From positions 1 through 64,000 of the forward strand of contig CAWJZV010000024.1 in assembly GCA_963847445.1 (NCBI GenBank): 64,000 bases of DNA. Direction: 5' to 3'. Origin of the DNA: an uncultured delta proteobacterium (GTDB lineage: Bacteria; Desulfobacterota; Binatia; UBA9968). The translations under genes were made by a program, and so were the position numbers. The number at the start of each line of letters is the position of its first letter. The stretch's first letter is position 1. The notes below the pieces were generated by a model. It was not told the DNA's origin and did not search any database. It saw only the letters and a program-made list of their open reading frames with translations. Shown here in pieces: positions 9,447 to 20,226 of the stretch.

Positions 9447-10565
9447 ATGAAGCGCTGGCCAATAATCGTCCTGGCCGTGATCACGACCATCGCCGTCGCC
9501 ATCGGTGCCGCCTACCACATCGGAGCAAAGTTACTCCAGGGAAAAATCGTCGAAGCCCTGGGTCCCCGCAGCCGCGTCGGCGCGCTCAAGGTCAATTGGT
9601 TCACCGTCGAGCTTTTGGGTCTCAGGATCGACGCCCCCAAAGGTTGGCCGGCGGTGCGCACGTTGGAGGCTGAGCGGGTGACCATCGTTCCCGATCTGCG
9701 CAGTCTCTTGTCGGATAAAATCCGCATATCCTCCATCGTCGTCCAGCGGCCTTATCTCTCCATGCTGCGCACCCCGGGGAAACTCCGCATGGTTCCCAGT
9801 CTGACCGAGGACAATACAACCTCACAGCCGGGACGGGACAACCGCCGTGCGGTGACGATCTCGACCATCGAGCTTAAGGACGGCAGCCTGGAGCTTTTTG
9901 ACGCCACGGTGAGCCGACCGCCGCTGAAAATCACCATGGAACGGATCGACGCGACGATTCGTGACGTAGCCGCACCCGCTGCGGAGAAAACCCGCTTCGA
10001 ACTCACCGGGACCGTCAAAGGAATCATCCGCGACGGGCGGGCCAGACTCAGCGGCTGGGTCGGTCCGAGCGCGCGGAATTCGTCATCGCGCATCGCACTC
10101 GCCGGGGTCGATATGATCGCGCTCCAACCCTATCTGGTAAAAAAGCACGAGGCGCGGATTGTCAGAGGATCTCTCGATCTGAATCTCGACTCCGAAGTGC
10201 GCAACAATCAGCTCGACGGCAAGGGCAAGATCATCATCAAAGAGCTGGAACTTGCCCGGTCCCAGGGCTTCTTCGACACCTTCATGGGGCTGCCGCGCAC
10301 CGCCGTTATCGGCTTTCTCAAAGACCACAACAACGCCATCGATGTCGCCTTCACTGTCCAGGGCGATACCAGCAATCCCAACTTCTCGCTCAACGAGAAC
10401 CTACCCACACGCATCGCCGCATCCATGGCCGGCACCCTCGGCGTCAGCATCATAAATGTCGCCGAAGGACTCGGCAGCCTCGGCCGCAAGGGCATGGAGG
10501 GCGCCGGCAGCGTGGTCGAAGGCGTCGGCGCGGCGATTAAAAGCCTTTTCGGCAGCAAGCAATAA
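9447..10565 (+). CDS. DUF748/AsmA-like membrane-anchored protein
   Basis: N-terminal TM helix, beta-rich body, LKDHNNAIDV.F.V.G...NPNF C-terminus. Confidence 0.7.
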   Translation: MKRWPIIVLAVITTIAVAIGAAYHIGAKLLQGKIVEALGPRSRVGALKVNWFTVELLGLRIDAPKGWPAVRTLEAERVTIVPDLRSLLSDKIRISSIVVQRPYLSMLRTPGKLRMVPSLTEDNTTSQPGRDNRRAVTISTIELKDGSLELFDATVSRPPLKITMERIDATIRDVAAPAAEKTRFELTGTVKGIIRDGRARLSGWVGPSARNSSSRIALAGVDMIALQPYLVKKHEARIVRGSLDLNLDSEVRNNQLDGKGKIIIKELELARSQGFFDTFMGLPRTAVIGFLKDHNNAIDVAFTVQGDTSNPNFSLNENLPTRIAASMAGTLGVSIINVAEGLGSLGRKGMEGAGSVVEGVGAAIKSLFGSKQ

Positions 10566-10617
10566 TCGGTTAGAGAATTCGCCATAAAGAGCGTAAAAAA
10601 AATCGCAGAGTCCGAGC

Positions 10618-11055
10618 GTAGGGGCGGGTTTGAAACCCGCCCTCCTAGTTCTGGCATGACGAAAATATTTCCCAGGCTGCCGCAGAATTTGTTGCCACAC
10701 AACTACGAGGAAATCCTATCTCACCACGAAGGACACGAAGAGCACGAAGTTCGGACTAATAATTTTCCGAACCCTTCGTGTCCTTCGTGAGCTCCTTCGA
10801 AAATACCTGTGAGGGGATGGATATGCACATCGATAACGACTCTCTGTTCCGTCATACCGGCGCAGGCCGGTATCCATCCCCCCTCCCGCCCCTGGATGCC
10901 GGCCTGCGCCGGCATGACGAGTCTAAGGAATGAACCCTCGCGAGAGGGCTTCCGGTATTTTCATGATCAGTAGACGAGCGTAAGCCCATGAAGCACTTCG
11001 TGGTGAAAACTCTTTGCCATTTGGTTGCGGCTCTGCCGCACTAGGTTCTCTGCGG
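10618..11055. repeat. nested repeat mosaic with a CGTC REP doublet at 10850-10919
   Basis: Filled version of the 5385-5505 element. Confidence 0.85.
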
Positions 11056-11079
11056 CTAGTTCTCCGAATCCTGACCAAC

Positions 11080-12389
11080 TCAATACTCCACGCATTTCGA
11101 CATTCCCTGGCCCCAGAGATCGGCGCCGCCGATCATGACATCGCGCGCTTCCAATGGCAGCGCGGCGCGCCCGTCTACCGGCGCTGCGCCGGGGAATGGA
11201 AATATCTTGATCTGCCGGTACGGCCCGATCACTTTGTCCATGGCCGGCAGTTCAATGGGCCGATCCAGACTGCCGGTGCTGACCGCCGCGTCCGCCTCCG
11301 CCACAGTGAAAAGCACCGGACTATCCGTGCCCGCCTTGCCGCCGTTCTCGTAGGTCACCAACGTCGCCTTGATGTTCTGCCGTTCGCAGGCGCGCAGCGT
11401 GAACATGACATCGACAAAGGCGTTGCCGCCGCCGATCCAGGTCACCAGCGCGCCATTAGCTCCCATCGCCTTGGCGAGGCGCGCCGCATTTTGCGCGCCG
11501 ACTTCCTTGCCATGGGAAGTTTCGAAGCGAATGCGCTGCAACACCACACCGGCAAAATTTAATGTCTTGCCATGGGCCGCGTACAACGCCAGCACCAACG
11601 GATGATTCTGCCAATCCCATGTCGTCGGATAGTAGCCGCGCCCCGAGCGCGTCGTATCGACGGTCACTGCGCCATCGAATAGCTCGTTGGGATGAACATA
11701 GGTCGCCAGCGAACTGCGCAGCGACAAGCCGTAATAACCGACGCCCGAGTGAACATGCTGCGGATCGGTGATAACGCCTTGGATCAGCATGACATTGGGC
11801 AGGCGGGAATCGGTGGCGGTTAAATCATAAGTAGTGACATTCGCCGGCGCCAATTCGGCGGTGATTCGCGCCAAGCGCTCAGCGACTTTGAACTCCGCCA
11901 ATTGAATCGCCGTGTGCGCATCGAGCTCCGCCAGACCGTCGACAATCTTGAAGCTGATAACCAGATGACAGAGCGAACTAAAACGCGACACCGCCGCGCC
12001 AGGCCCCGACATGTCGAGGATCGCACTGCGCTGCACCGTCGTACCCGCGCGGATCGTCCCTTCGTACGCCGCCGCCGCGACCACGCGTCATGCCGGATAG
12101 CCGATGAGTCCGCCCCGCGCCGAGGTCTTCGACCGCGCCCAACACCCCGGCAAAAATCTGCCCGCCGCCGGAAACTTTGCATCGCGGCTCGACGATGTCG
12201 CGAATGCCGGTAATGCGCGTCTTCTCCCCCGGCAGCGCCACCGCCAACGCAACATCCTCGATCCGCGCGTCCTCGCGCACCAGCGCGAGCAGCTCGCCCT
12301 TCATCGACCTCGAGCAGCTGGTTCTCGTACGAGAAACGATGGCTCAAGCGAATTTGCTTTACCGGAAATTCCGCGATCTCAAGTTTCAT
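11080..12389 (-). CDS. glycine/sarcosine/betaine reductase component B proprotein-like (GrdE/PrdA family; frameshifts near 12300 and 12085)
   Basis: PGEKTRI..I.D.VEPR.K, G.T..L.G, DMSGPGA, HPNELFDGA and GGGN..VD motifs. Confidence 0.75.
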
Positions 12390-12502
12390 AATTATCGATG
12401 ACCGACTGCAGTCCGAAATAAACGATTGGAACGTTTTGAACGTCTGAAACGCGAATCATTTCCGAACGCCTTACCGCTTACCCGCTTACCCCTTACCGAT
12501 TT

Positions 12503-13576
12503 CTACGGCGCCCCCATAATTTTGCGAAAGTCCTGAATATAAGTCTGCAAGTTCGCCCCCAGCTTCGGATTCACCACATAGTCCGGCTTCACCTGAAACT
12601 CTTTGAACTTGCTGCGCACGCCCTTCATGGCGCTGCCCTTGCCCAAGGTCCCGGCCAAGAAACCCTGCGCTTCATCCGACAGCACCCATTCAGCGAACAG
12701 CAGCGCTGCATGGGGGTGCGGCGCGTTCTTGGCGATGAACAATCCTTCGGGCTTGACGATCGACGGCGCCAGGACTTTGAAACCAAGCGGCGCGCCCTTC
12801 TCGCGAATCGCCGCCGAAGTCTCGCCGTTGATGGCGATACCGATGGGATATTCTCCCGAGGTCACCACTTGAGTCGTCAAGGTGCCGCCGCGCCGGTAGC
12901 TCAAGTCCTGCTTCGATAGGCGCGTCAAGTAATTTACCGCTTTGTCGCGGCCCCAGGCCGCTTCCATGGCTGCGAGAATATAGCCCGCCTCGGGATCGAA
13001 GAGCATTTTCCCCTTCCACGACGGACTGAGTAATTCTTCATAGCTCTTCGGCGCCTGGTCCGGCTTCACCGCGGCGCTGTTGTACAACAAAGCCGTGGTT
13101 AGAGCGTACATGCTGTGCCAGTTGCCGCCGGGATCGAAGGTGCCGTCAAAGTAACGGTTCGCGCCGGGCACTTGATACGCCTGCACCAGATTGGCGTTCA
13201 TCAACTGGTAGCCATAGCTCAGGTCGACTTGCACCACATCCACCGCATGCCGCCCCGCCCGCGCTTCGGTCAAAGTCCGGCTGAGAATGCCGTCCCGCGG
13301 CGAAAAATAATGATTCAGCGCCATGGCGCGATAGCGCGAGTTGTATACCCGCGCCAACGGCAAAAACTCATCGATCGGCAAGGTGCCGTAATAAGCCAGC
13401 TCCCCTTCCGCCTGCGCGCCTTTGAGAAGGTACGCGATGCGATCCGGCGCCTTGAGCGACTTTACCTTCGCCGCTACTTCGGCGACCGTCGCGGCTTGCA
13501 CCGGAGATCGCGCAGTCGATAAAAGAGACAACAGCAAAACGGCAAGTCCTAAAACTGATTTCATCCCATATAGCAT
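12503..13576 (-). CDS. ABC transporter extracellular solute-binding protein (Fe3+/AfuA-like)
   Basis: Signal peptide; GAQAEGEL, APKSYEELL.P.WKGK and APHPHAALLF motifs. Confidence 0.8.
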   Translation of the reverse strand: MLYGMKSVLGLAVLLLSLLSTARSPVQAATVAEVAAKVKSLKAPDRIAYLLKGAQAEGELAYYGTLPIDEFLPLARVYNSRYRAMALNHYFSPRDGILSRTLTEARAGRHAVDVVQVDLSYGYQLMNANLVQAYQVPGANRYFDGTFDPGGNWHSMYALTTALLYNSAAVKPDQAPKSYEELLSPSWKGKMLFDPEAGYILAAMEAAWGRDKAVNYLTRLSKQDLSYRRGGTLTTQVVTSGEYPIGIAINGETSAAIREKGAPLGFKVLAPSIVKPEGLFIAKNAPHPHAALLFAEWVLSDEAQGFLAGTLGKGSAMKGVRSKFKEFQVKPDYVVNPKLGANLQTYIQDFRKIMGAP

Positions 13577-13707
13577 AGAGTCCGCCTTCCTCGTTCCGGC
13601 GCGATTGCCAACCGATCAAAGCATCGTTTTATAGAACGAACACGTGAGGGTCAAATTAAGATCGCTGCGTGGACAACTACAAAATATCAGCGAGGTCTTT
13701 GAAAATA

Positions 13708-14291
13708 CTAACTGACCGGCGCGTTCCAAGTCTTAAGCGCCGGAGTGTCGTAGTAATAACCGAGCACACTTAACGTCGCTGTGTCGAGCAACAAGTGTTC
13801 GCCGAAACTCGGCGGCTGATTGATCCACCGCGCCGCAATGACTCTGAGGATATGGCCATGCGCGAATAACGCGACGTTGCCATCGGTGGCGCGGACTTTG
13901 GCGAGCACGCGATCGGCGCGGCCGGCGACTTGCTCCGGTGTCTCGCCGCCGGGACAGCCATGATGAAAAACCGACCAACCCGGCCTCGCTGATTGAATTT
14001 GCTTGGTCGTGAGACCTTCGTATTCGCCGTAGTTCCATTCCATCAAGTCCGGTTCAACACCTTGCAGAACTTTGCGAGTCCCGCCAGCTCGCAGGTTTCG
14101 CGCGCTCGTTGAAGCGGACTGCTCAGGACCAAAACGAATTGCTCTTGCGCCAAAACCGGCTGCAACAATCGCGCGATTTTCCGGCCCTGCTCGGTAAGCG
14201 GCACATCGGTGACGCCGGTATGTTTGCCGTCGCGGCTCCATTCGGTTTCGCCGTGGCGGATCAAATAGATTTTTTGCGCTTCATCAGCCAT
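13708..14291 (-). CDS. histidine phosphatase family protein (frameshift near 14055)
   Basis: [24 protein letters not shown] and AHGH motifs. Confidence 0.85.
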
Positions 14292-14488
14292 CGCTCAAAT
14301 GGTACTGCTGTCGCTTAATTTAACCTTGTCAGCGTAAATTGTCCGGCCAGCTGACGCCACGCCGCCACCCCAGGGCGCATCGTGATGCGCCCCTACATTC
14401 GGTCTTCCTCATGGATTTTTTTTGCGCCCTTTCGCGTTTCCGATCGCCCTGAGCTTTGTCGAAGGGTGCGGCCAATCCCTCCGGCCGA

Positions 14489-15922
14489 TTATCTACCGCC
14501 GACCTTGTCGTTCAAAAATCCCTGCCAGTCGCCGGCGACTTTGTCTTTCAGCTCGCGGCTGTGGCCGCTCGACTTGGGGAACTTGTCGCGCCATTCGTAG
14601 GGCCGCGTGGCGTCGATGATGGCGCGCGAGTTGAAGCCTTTTTCGCCGACCGGAATGCGCGGGTCGAGGGGGCCGCTCCAGCAGCGCCGGAGAATCTCGA
14701 TGGAGTCAACCGGATCGGAGCGCGAGCTGATCGCCCAGATGACTTCTTCGGTATTGGTAATATCGATGTCTTCGTCGACGACGATGACGTAGCGGCCAAG
14801 ATAGGCGCCGGAGCGGCACTGGCTGGCGATCATCGCCGCCTGGCGGGCGTGGCCGGGATAGCGCTGCTTGATCGCCAGCACGGTCATGAAGCGGCCGCCT
14901 GAAGGATGCGACCAAACGGCTTGCACGTCAGGCACGCCGGCTTCGTCGAGAGAATTCCAGATCAACGCCGAGAGCATCAACGAGAAATGCAGGTTGTCGC
15001 CGCTGGAAGGTTTGAGCAATGGGAAACCGCACAGGATCGGATCGTTGCGATGATAGACCGCTTTGACACGGATCACCGGCACGGCGGGTTGGTTGCTGGC
15101 GTAGTAACCGGTCCACTCGCCGAACGGCCCTTCGGGCATGAAATCGTTGGGCGCCACTTCGCCTTCGATGGCGATCTCGGAGTCGGCGGGGATCGGCAGT
15201 CCGGTGAGCGGTCCTTCGACGATGTCATGGGGCTGGCCGGTGATGCCGCCGGCATAGGCGTATTCGTTCACCCGGTACGGCACGTCGGTGGAGGCGACGA
15301 GAAAGTTGATCGGATGATGGCCGAAGGAGACTGCGATGGGCAGCGGCTTGCCATCGGCGTGAGACTTGTCGCGGTGCACGCGCCCATGCTTGCCCGGCGA
15401 CATATGCAGCCCCATGTGATCGCGGCCGTGAATCATGATGCGATAGGTGCCGACGTTGACCCATTTTTCTTCCGGATCGCGGGTGACGACCAAGTCGTCG
15501 GTGCCGATGTAGCGGCCGCCGTCGAGCTCATGCCATTTCGGCACGGGGAATTTGAATAAATCGATATCGGCGCCCTTCTGAACGTTTTCAAACAGCGGCG
15601 CGCTTTTGACCAAGCGCGGCTCGATGGGTTGAATCGATTTAACCTGCTGGCGCCACTGCTGCACGAAGTCGAAGGGCGCTAACTTCGGGTCCATGCCCAT
15701 GGTCAGCGCGAGCCGCTGCAACGACGACAGCAAGTTAACCGCTACTCTATGACCGGCGGGATATTCTTTGATCTTATCGAAGACAATCGCCGGCCGGGTC
15801 TTCGAGCGCTCATTGATGAGTTCGGTCAGCGTCGACAGCTCCAGATTCCAATGGGCGTCGTTGACGTTCATCAACTGGCCGAGTCTGTTTACCTCATCGA
15901 GCCATGTCCGTAGGTCTGCCAT
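14489..15922 (-). CDS. UbiD-family (de)carboxylase
   Basis: DGGRYIGT, NVGTYR, EGPFGEWTGYY and VVDEDID motifs. Confidence 0.9.
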   Translation of the reverse strand: MADLRTWLDEVNRLGQLMNVNDAHWNLELSTLTELINERSKTRPAIVFDKIKEYPAGHRVAVNLLSSLQRLALTMGMDPKLAPFDFVQQWRQQVKSIQPIEPRLVKSAPLFENVQKGADIDLFKFPVPKWHELDGGRYIGTDDLVVTRDPEEKWVNVGTYRIMIHGRDHMGLHMSPGKHGRVHRDKSHADGKPLPIAVSFGHHPINFLVASTDVPYRVNEYAYAGGITGQPHDIVEGPLTGLPIPADSEIAIEGEVAPNDFMPEGPFGEWTGYYASNQPAVPVIRVKAVYHRNDPILCGFPLLKPSSGDNLHFSLMLSALIWNSLDEAGVPDVQAVWSHPSGGRFMTVLAIKQRYPGHARQAAMIASQCRSGAYLGRYVIVVDEDIDITNTEEVIWAISSRSDPVDSIEILRRCWSGPLDPRIPVGEKGFNSRAIIDATRPYEWRDKFPKSSGHSRELKDKVAGDWQGFLNDKVGGR

Positions 15923-16194
15923 AACCAATATTCCTATCTCGCTGAAAAATTATGAAACTTTTAAGCAGCGGCGAATCTATCCCTTGTCCCTCTGGATGTA
16001 GGCGGGGATGAGGACTACCGCAGCGTTTGCCATCACCTCAGTCTCCACCGTGTCATCGGGGAGTTGAACGGAGCGCCGTTCGAGAGCCTCACGGCCCTGA
16101 CGGCAATCGAAGGGCAGCGATTGAACGGCTTGCCTTCGATAAACTCAAGCCCTGAGACATGCCGAAGGGAACGTTTTGAACTTCTTTCTTCAGC

Positions 16195-17260
16195 TCACCG
16201 CGGCGGCAGTTTCTTCGGACCGGCGATGATTTTGAACAGCTCGATCGCCTCCGGGTCGCGCGGCACTTCTCTGATCGCCTTCTCGTGGTTTTCCGGCAGC
16301 AACGGCGACGGATCGTCGCCGGATAAGTTTGAGATAGTATTTGGCGAACTCGGGATCCAGATAGGTCTTGCGAAAAGCCTCTTTCAAAATATCGACGCGA
16401 TCCTTCGGCGTGCCCGGCGGCAGCACGAAGGGCGTGCCGGTGACGCGAAAGCCGCGCTGCAGGGCGAGCATCTTACGCTCGTGGTCGTTCTTGGCGAAGG
16501 TCTCGATCTCGGGCAGCTTGGCGAAGACTGGATGGGTGTGCTTATCGCCTTTGGGCGTTTCCATGATCGCGTGAATATTGACCAAACCCTTGTCGAGCCA
16601 ATCGCGATTGCGTTGCAGAATGGTGTCCGGGCCGGTGGCGCGGCCGTCGATCTCGCCGCGCATCATCGCCGGATCGAGCTCGGCGCCGCCGAAGGCGGCG
16701 ATAAACAGCGCCTCCTTGAGGCCGAGCATGTAGACGAAAAGACGCCCTTCGTTGTACGTGGAAAAGCCGATTGACTGGCCGCCGATCTTGACTCCGGTGG
16801 CGGCGCGCAGCTTATCGAGGGTGTCGAGACCGGCGTCTTTGCGGGTGACAAACACCGAATGATAGGTGCTGTACGGCGAACCCAAGTAATGGAACTTGTC
16901 GATGTCGTACAACACGCCGGATTCCCCGAGTATGGCGAGGGACACCATGGCCGAACTAAAGTTGCCGATGGTCAAGCCGTCGGGACGCGACGAGCGAAAG
17001 ACATGATTGGCCGCCTTGCGGCTGCCGCCGCCAGGCATGAATTCCATGATGATCGTCGGACTGCCGGGAATATATTTTTGCAGGAACGGCACGAGCGCGC
17101 GCACCCGCAAATCGCCGGTGCCGCCAGGGTCGCGGCCTTGCACGATGGTGATCGTCTTGCCTTGAAAAAACGGCGCTTGGCCGTAGGTTAGGCTGGGAAA
17201 CAACTGGCTCAGATAACAGAACGCCGAGAACAGTAAACCATATCGACCTGATTTCATCAT
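16195..17260 (-). CDS. TctC/Bug-like binding protein (frameshift near 16320)
   Basis: FFQGKTI, PGG..D, IPG.P, PGGG, PDGLTIG and PPGTPKDRV motifs. Confidence 0.8.
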
Positions 17261-17331
17261 GCTTACCTCCTGACTGACTACCGAGGACTTGTACGCTATT
17301 TATCTCTTTGGTCAAGGGCATATTGTCGCGC

Positions 17332-18379
17332 TCAGTTGCCCAAGACTTTCTTCAACCGCTCGATGACCTCCGGCGGTTGGCCGATGATTTCCTTGGCGAG
17401 CCTGTTCCAGTTCGTCGCCGCCGACCGGATCGAATTCGTAGTTGCGCTTCTTCACTTCGGCGCGGAACTGTTCGTCGGTCATGGTTTTGGCGAAGGCGTC
17501 GCGCAGCGTCTTCAAGCGATCCGCCGGCATGTGCCGGCGGACCGAACATCGGCCGGCCCATGTCGTCGGCGCCGAGCGAGCACGGTCGCCAGCCGGCGGC
17601 CCGGACTCGGGAGTTTTATAGCTGGTCCATGATTTCAAAAATCGTCGGCGTATTGGGCAGGCGCGCGTCGCGTTTGCTGCCGCTCTGAAACATATGATGG
17701 ACGAAGTTGGTCTTGCGCCAGGTGTGATAGGGTTCGCGGCCGAAGAACGCTTCGATGGTAAACGCCCGGCAGTGAATTTCGCCGCGCTCGACGCCGAGAT
17801 CGATATCGGTGCCGCCGGGATAGCCGGTGACGATTTGAAACTTGGCGCCGACGGTTTCTTGCAGCAGTTTGGGAAAGTAGGAGTCCGGCCCGGTGACGCC
17901 GGTGGCGCCGCATTTGGGCGGCTCCTTGGCGGTGCGAACTTCTTCGATGGTTTTGTAGGGACTATCGGCGCGCATGTACATCTGGCTGTTGCCGCGCGCC
18001 GGCGAGCCGATCCAGCTAAACTTCGACCAATCGAACTGAATCTCGGAGCGGCCGACGAACTGGTTAAGATAAAGCGATGGGATCACCGAGCCGATGATCG
18101 TCAGGCCGTCCGGTTTCGACTCCGGTGTAAAGATGATTGACCGCGACGACATGGCCTGCGCCGGGCATGTTCTGGACGATGAAGCTGGGATTGCCGGGAA
18201 TATGCCGGCCCATATGATCGACGATCAGCCGCGCCCAGAAATCGTAGAGATTCCCCGGCGGCGTGCCGACGATCACGCGGATGGTCTTGCCTTGGTAAAA
18301 CGGGGCCTGGGCCGGTGAGCCGTGAACGCCGAAAAGCAAGCTCCCAGAGCACCAGCCAGAAGAAACTTATTCAATTCAT
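17332..18379 (-). CDS. TctC/Bug-like binding protein (several frameshifts)
   Basis: Consecutive ORF pieces carry FYQGKTI, PDGLT, PPKCGATG and GEIHCR. Confidence 0.75.
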
Positions 18380-18541
18380 CGCACCTCCGAGGACTTGAGC
18401 ATTGCGCGGGCTACTCTACTAAAAAAATTGCATAAAGCTAGAGGGATTCTTTTCGCTATCCAGCGTCTCCAACCAAGGGCGGAACTCAGTTGATCTTGTC
18501 TTTGTGCTCTTCCAAGCCCGGTGACAAGAGATACTCTTTCT

Positions 18542-18832
18542 TCATTTGACCACATGGGTCAGAAAGTGCGCGCCGTCGCTCTTGACCGTCTGATACTTTG
18601 ACGTCGCCTCGCGCATGGCGTTGTGCACCGGCGTGCCGCGATGCCGGGTATGCGCCTCGACGCTGTCCCACTCGATCATCAAGATCACCCGGCTCGGATC
18701 TTCGACGCTGGTAAAAAACTTGATGCCATGGGAGCCGGCGAAGTTGGCTTTCTTGAGAATGTCGCCAAACACTTGGACATACTCGTCGCGCTTTTCCGCT
18801 TGGACCTGCTGAATGACGATTTCTTGGATCAT
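18542..18832 (-). CDS. antibiotic biosynthesis monooxygenase (ABM) family protein
   Basis: 96 aa; EDPSRVILMIEWDSVEAH motif. Confidence 0.8.
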   Translation of the reverse strand: MIQEIVIQQVQAEKRDEYVQVFGDILKKANFAGSHGIKFFTSVEDPSRVILMIEWDSVEAHTRHRGTPVHNAMREATSKYQTVKSDGAHFLTHVVK

Positions 18833-19038
18833 GGTATTCTCCCGTTCAAATAGTTCAAATCGTTCAAGCCGTTCACTACCGCGTCAATTGCCGATAGATT
18901 GACGCAAGAAAATCCTAGCGGAAACGACATAATGCCATAGATGGGTTCGAATAAATCGACGCATGGAAGATCCTGTTGCGGCGAATCCTATGTGATGGGC
19001 TGGCCTTGTGTCAACGCGCGCAGCCGCGCTGTGAAATT

Positions 19039-20226
19039 CTAATCGCCGCCCAAAAGTTCTTTAACTCGTCCGATCAGTTGCGGCGGCTGGTCGATTACTT
19101 CCCGCGCCAAGGCTTGCAGTTCTTCGCCGCTGACTTGTTCCATGCTCCAGTTGCGTTTTCTCGCTTCTTCGATCAGATCGGCGTCTTTCAACGCGCGCGT
19201 GTAGGCTTCGCGCAGAATCTTCACGCGCTCGGCGGGCGTTGCCGGCGGCGCGACGGCGAGATATTGGCCGAAATGATCGGCGCCGAGCAGCACCGCCGCT
19301 AGACGCTGCTTGGCTTCGGGCGTTTGATGGCGCGTCATCAGTTCGTAGATCGTCGGCACATCGGCGAGTTTAGGGTTACGCTTGCGCCCGCTCTGCACCA
19401 GGATGCGGATGAAGCCTTTTTTTTGCCAACTGATAAACGGTTCGCGGGCGAGGAAGGACGCCGAGGACACCGAACGACATTGCACTTCGCCTCTCTCGAT
19501 GGCGAGGTCTTGATCGCTGCCGCTCTTGTAACCGGTGACGATGCGAAACTTCGCGCCCAGCGCATCTTCCAAGACTTTGAGGCTGATGTGTCCGCTCGAC
19601 CCCGGAGCCGTGGCGGAACATTTGGGCGGCTCGCCGGCGGCGCGGATATCTTCTATCGACTTGTACGGCGCATCGGCGCGCATCATCAGCAGCGCCTCAA
19701 CCAGGCCCGCCGAGCCGATCCAACTGAACTTGCGCCAATCGAACTGGACTTCGCGCCGGCCGGTGAGCTGCTGAAAATAAAGACTCGCCGAGGTTTGGCC
19801 GATGGTGAGGCCGTCCGGTTTGGCGACGCTGTAGAGATAATTGGCCGAGATCATCGAGCCGCCGCCGGCCATGTTTTGCGCCACGATGTTCGGGTTTCCC
19901 GGGATGTATTTCACCAGATTGCGCGCCAAGGCGCGCGCCCAAAGATCGTTGGCATCGCCGGCCGCCATGTTGACGATGAACGTCATGGTCTTGCCCCGAT
20001 AGAAATCGCTTTGAGCCGACGCGGGGATGTTTGCGAAAAGCACCATTGCGGCGCAGCTGAAAAGCGAAGCGAGCAGTACCATCCCCCTTTGGAAAAGGGG
20101 GACTAAGGGGGATTTGTTTTTGCGTGCGTGGGTAAGTTCCGCCTGTGAAAATCCCGCTATAGAAAATCCCCCCTTACCCCCCTTTTTCAAAGGGGGGAAT
20201 TGCCAAGCATAGATCGAGCTGATCAT
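19039..20226 (-). CDS. TctC/Bug-like binding protein (start 20226 or 20082)
   Basis: FYRGKT, IPGNPNIV.QNM.GGG, KPDGLTIG, PPKC and GEVQCR motifs. Confidence 0.85.
   Translation of the reverse strand: MISSIYAWQFPPLKKGGKGGFSIAGFSQAELTHARKNKSPLVPLFQRGMVLLASLFSCAAMVLFANIPASAQSDFYRGKTMTFIVNMAAGDANDLWARALARNLVKYIPGNPNIVAQNMAGGGSMISANYLYSVAKPDGLTIGQTSASLYFQQLTGRREVQFDWRKFSWIGSAGLVEALLMMRADAPYKSIEDIRAAGEPPKCSATAPGSSGHISLKVLEDALGAKFRIVTGYKSGSDQDLAIERGEVQCRSVSSASFLAREPFISWQKKGFIRILVQSGRKRNPKLADVPTIYELMTRHQTPEAKQRLAAVLLGADHFGQYLAVAPPATPAERVKILREAYTRALKDADLIEEARKRNWSMEQVSGEELQALAREVIDQPPQLIGRVKELLGGD
20081..20200. repeat. CCCCCTTT..AAAGGGGG double-hairpin repeat
   Basis: Two inverted arms; related to 40581-40740 and 43285-43460. 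Confidence 0.8.

Noticed and set aside
14043-14045. Other premature TGA codons (14043 and 4944) as selenocysteine sites
   Set aside because: Homology continues in a different frame, so these are frameshifts rather than readthrough, and there is no redox motif.
18486-18545. 19-codon ORF MKKEYLLSPGLEEHKDKIN overlapping the ABM stop
   Set aside because: Too short to assign; it may be a deletion scar.
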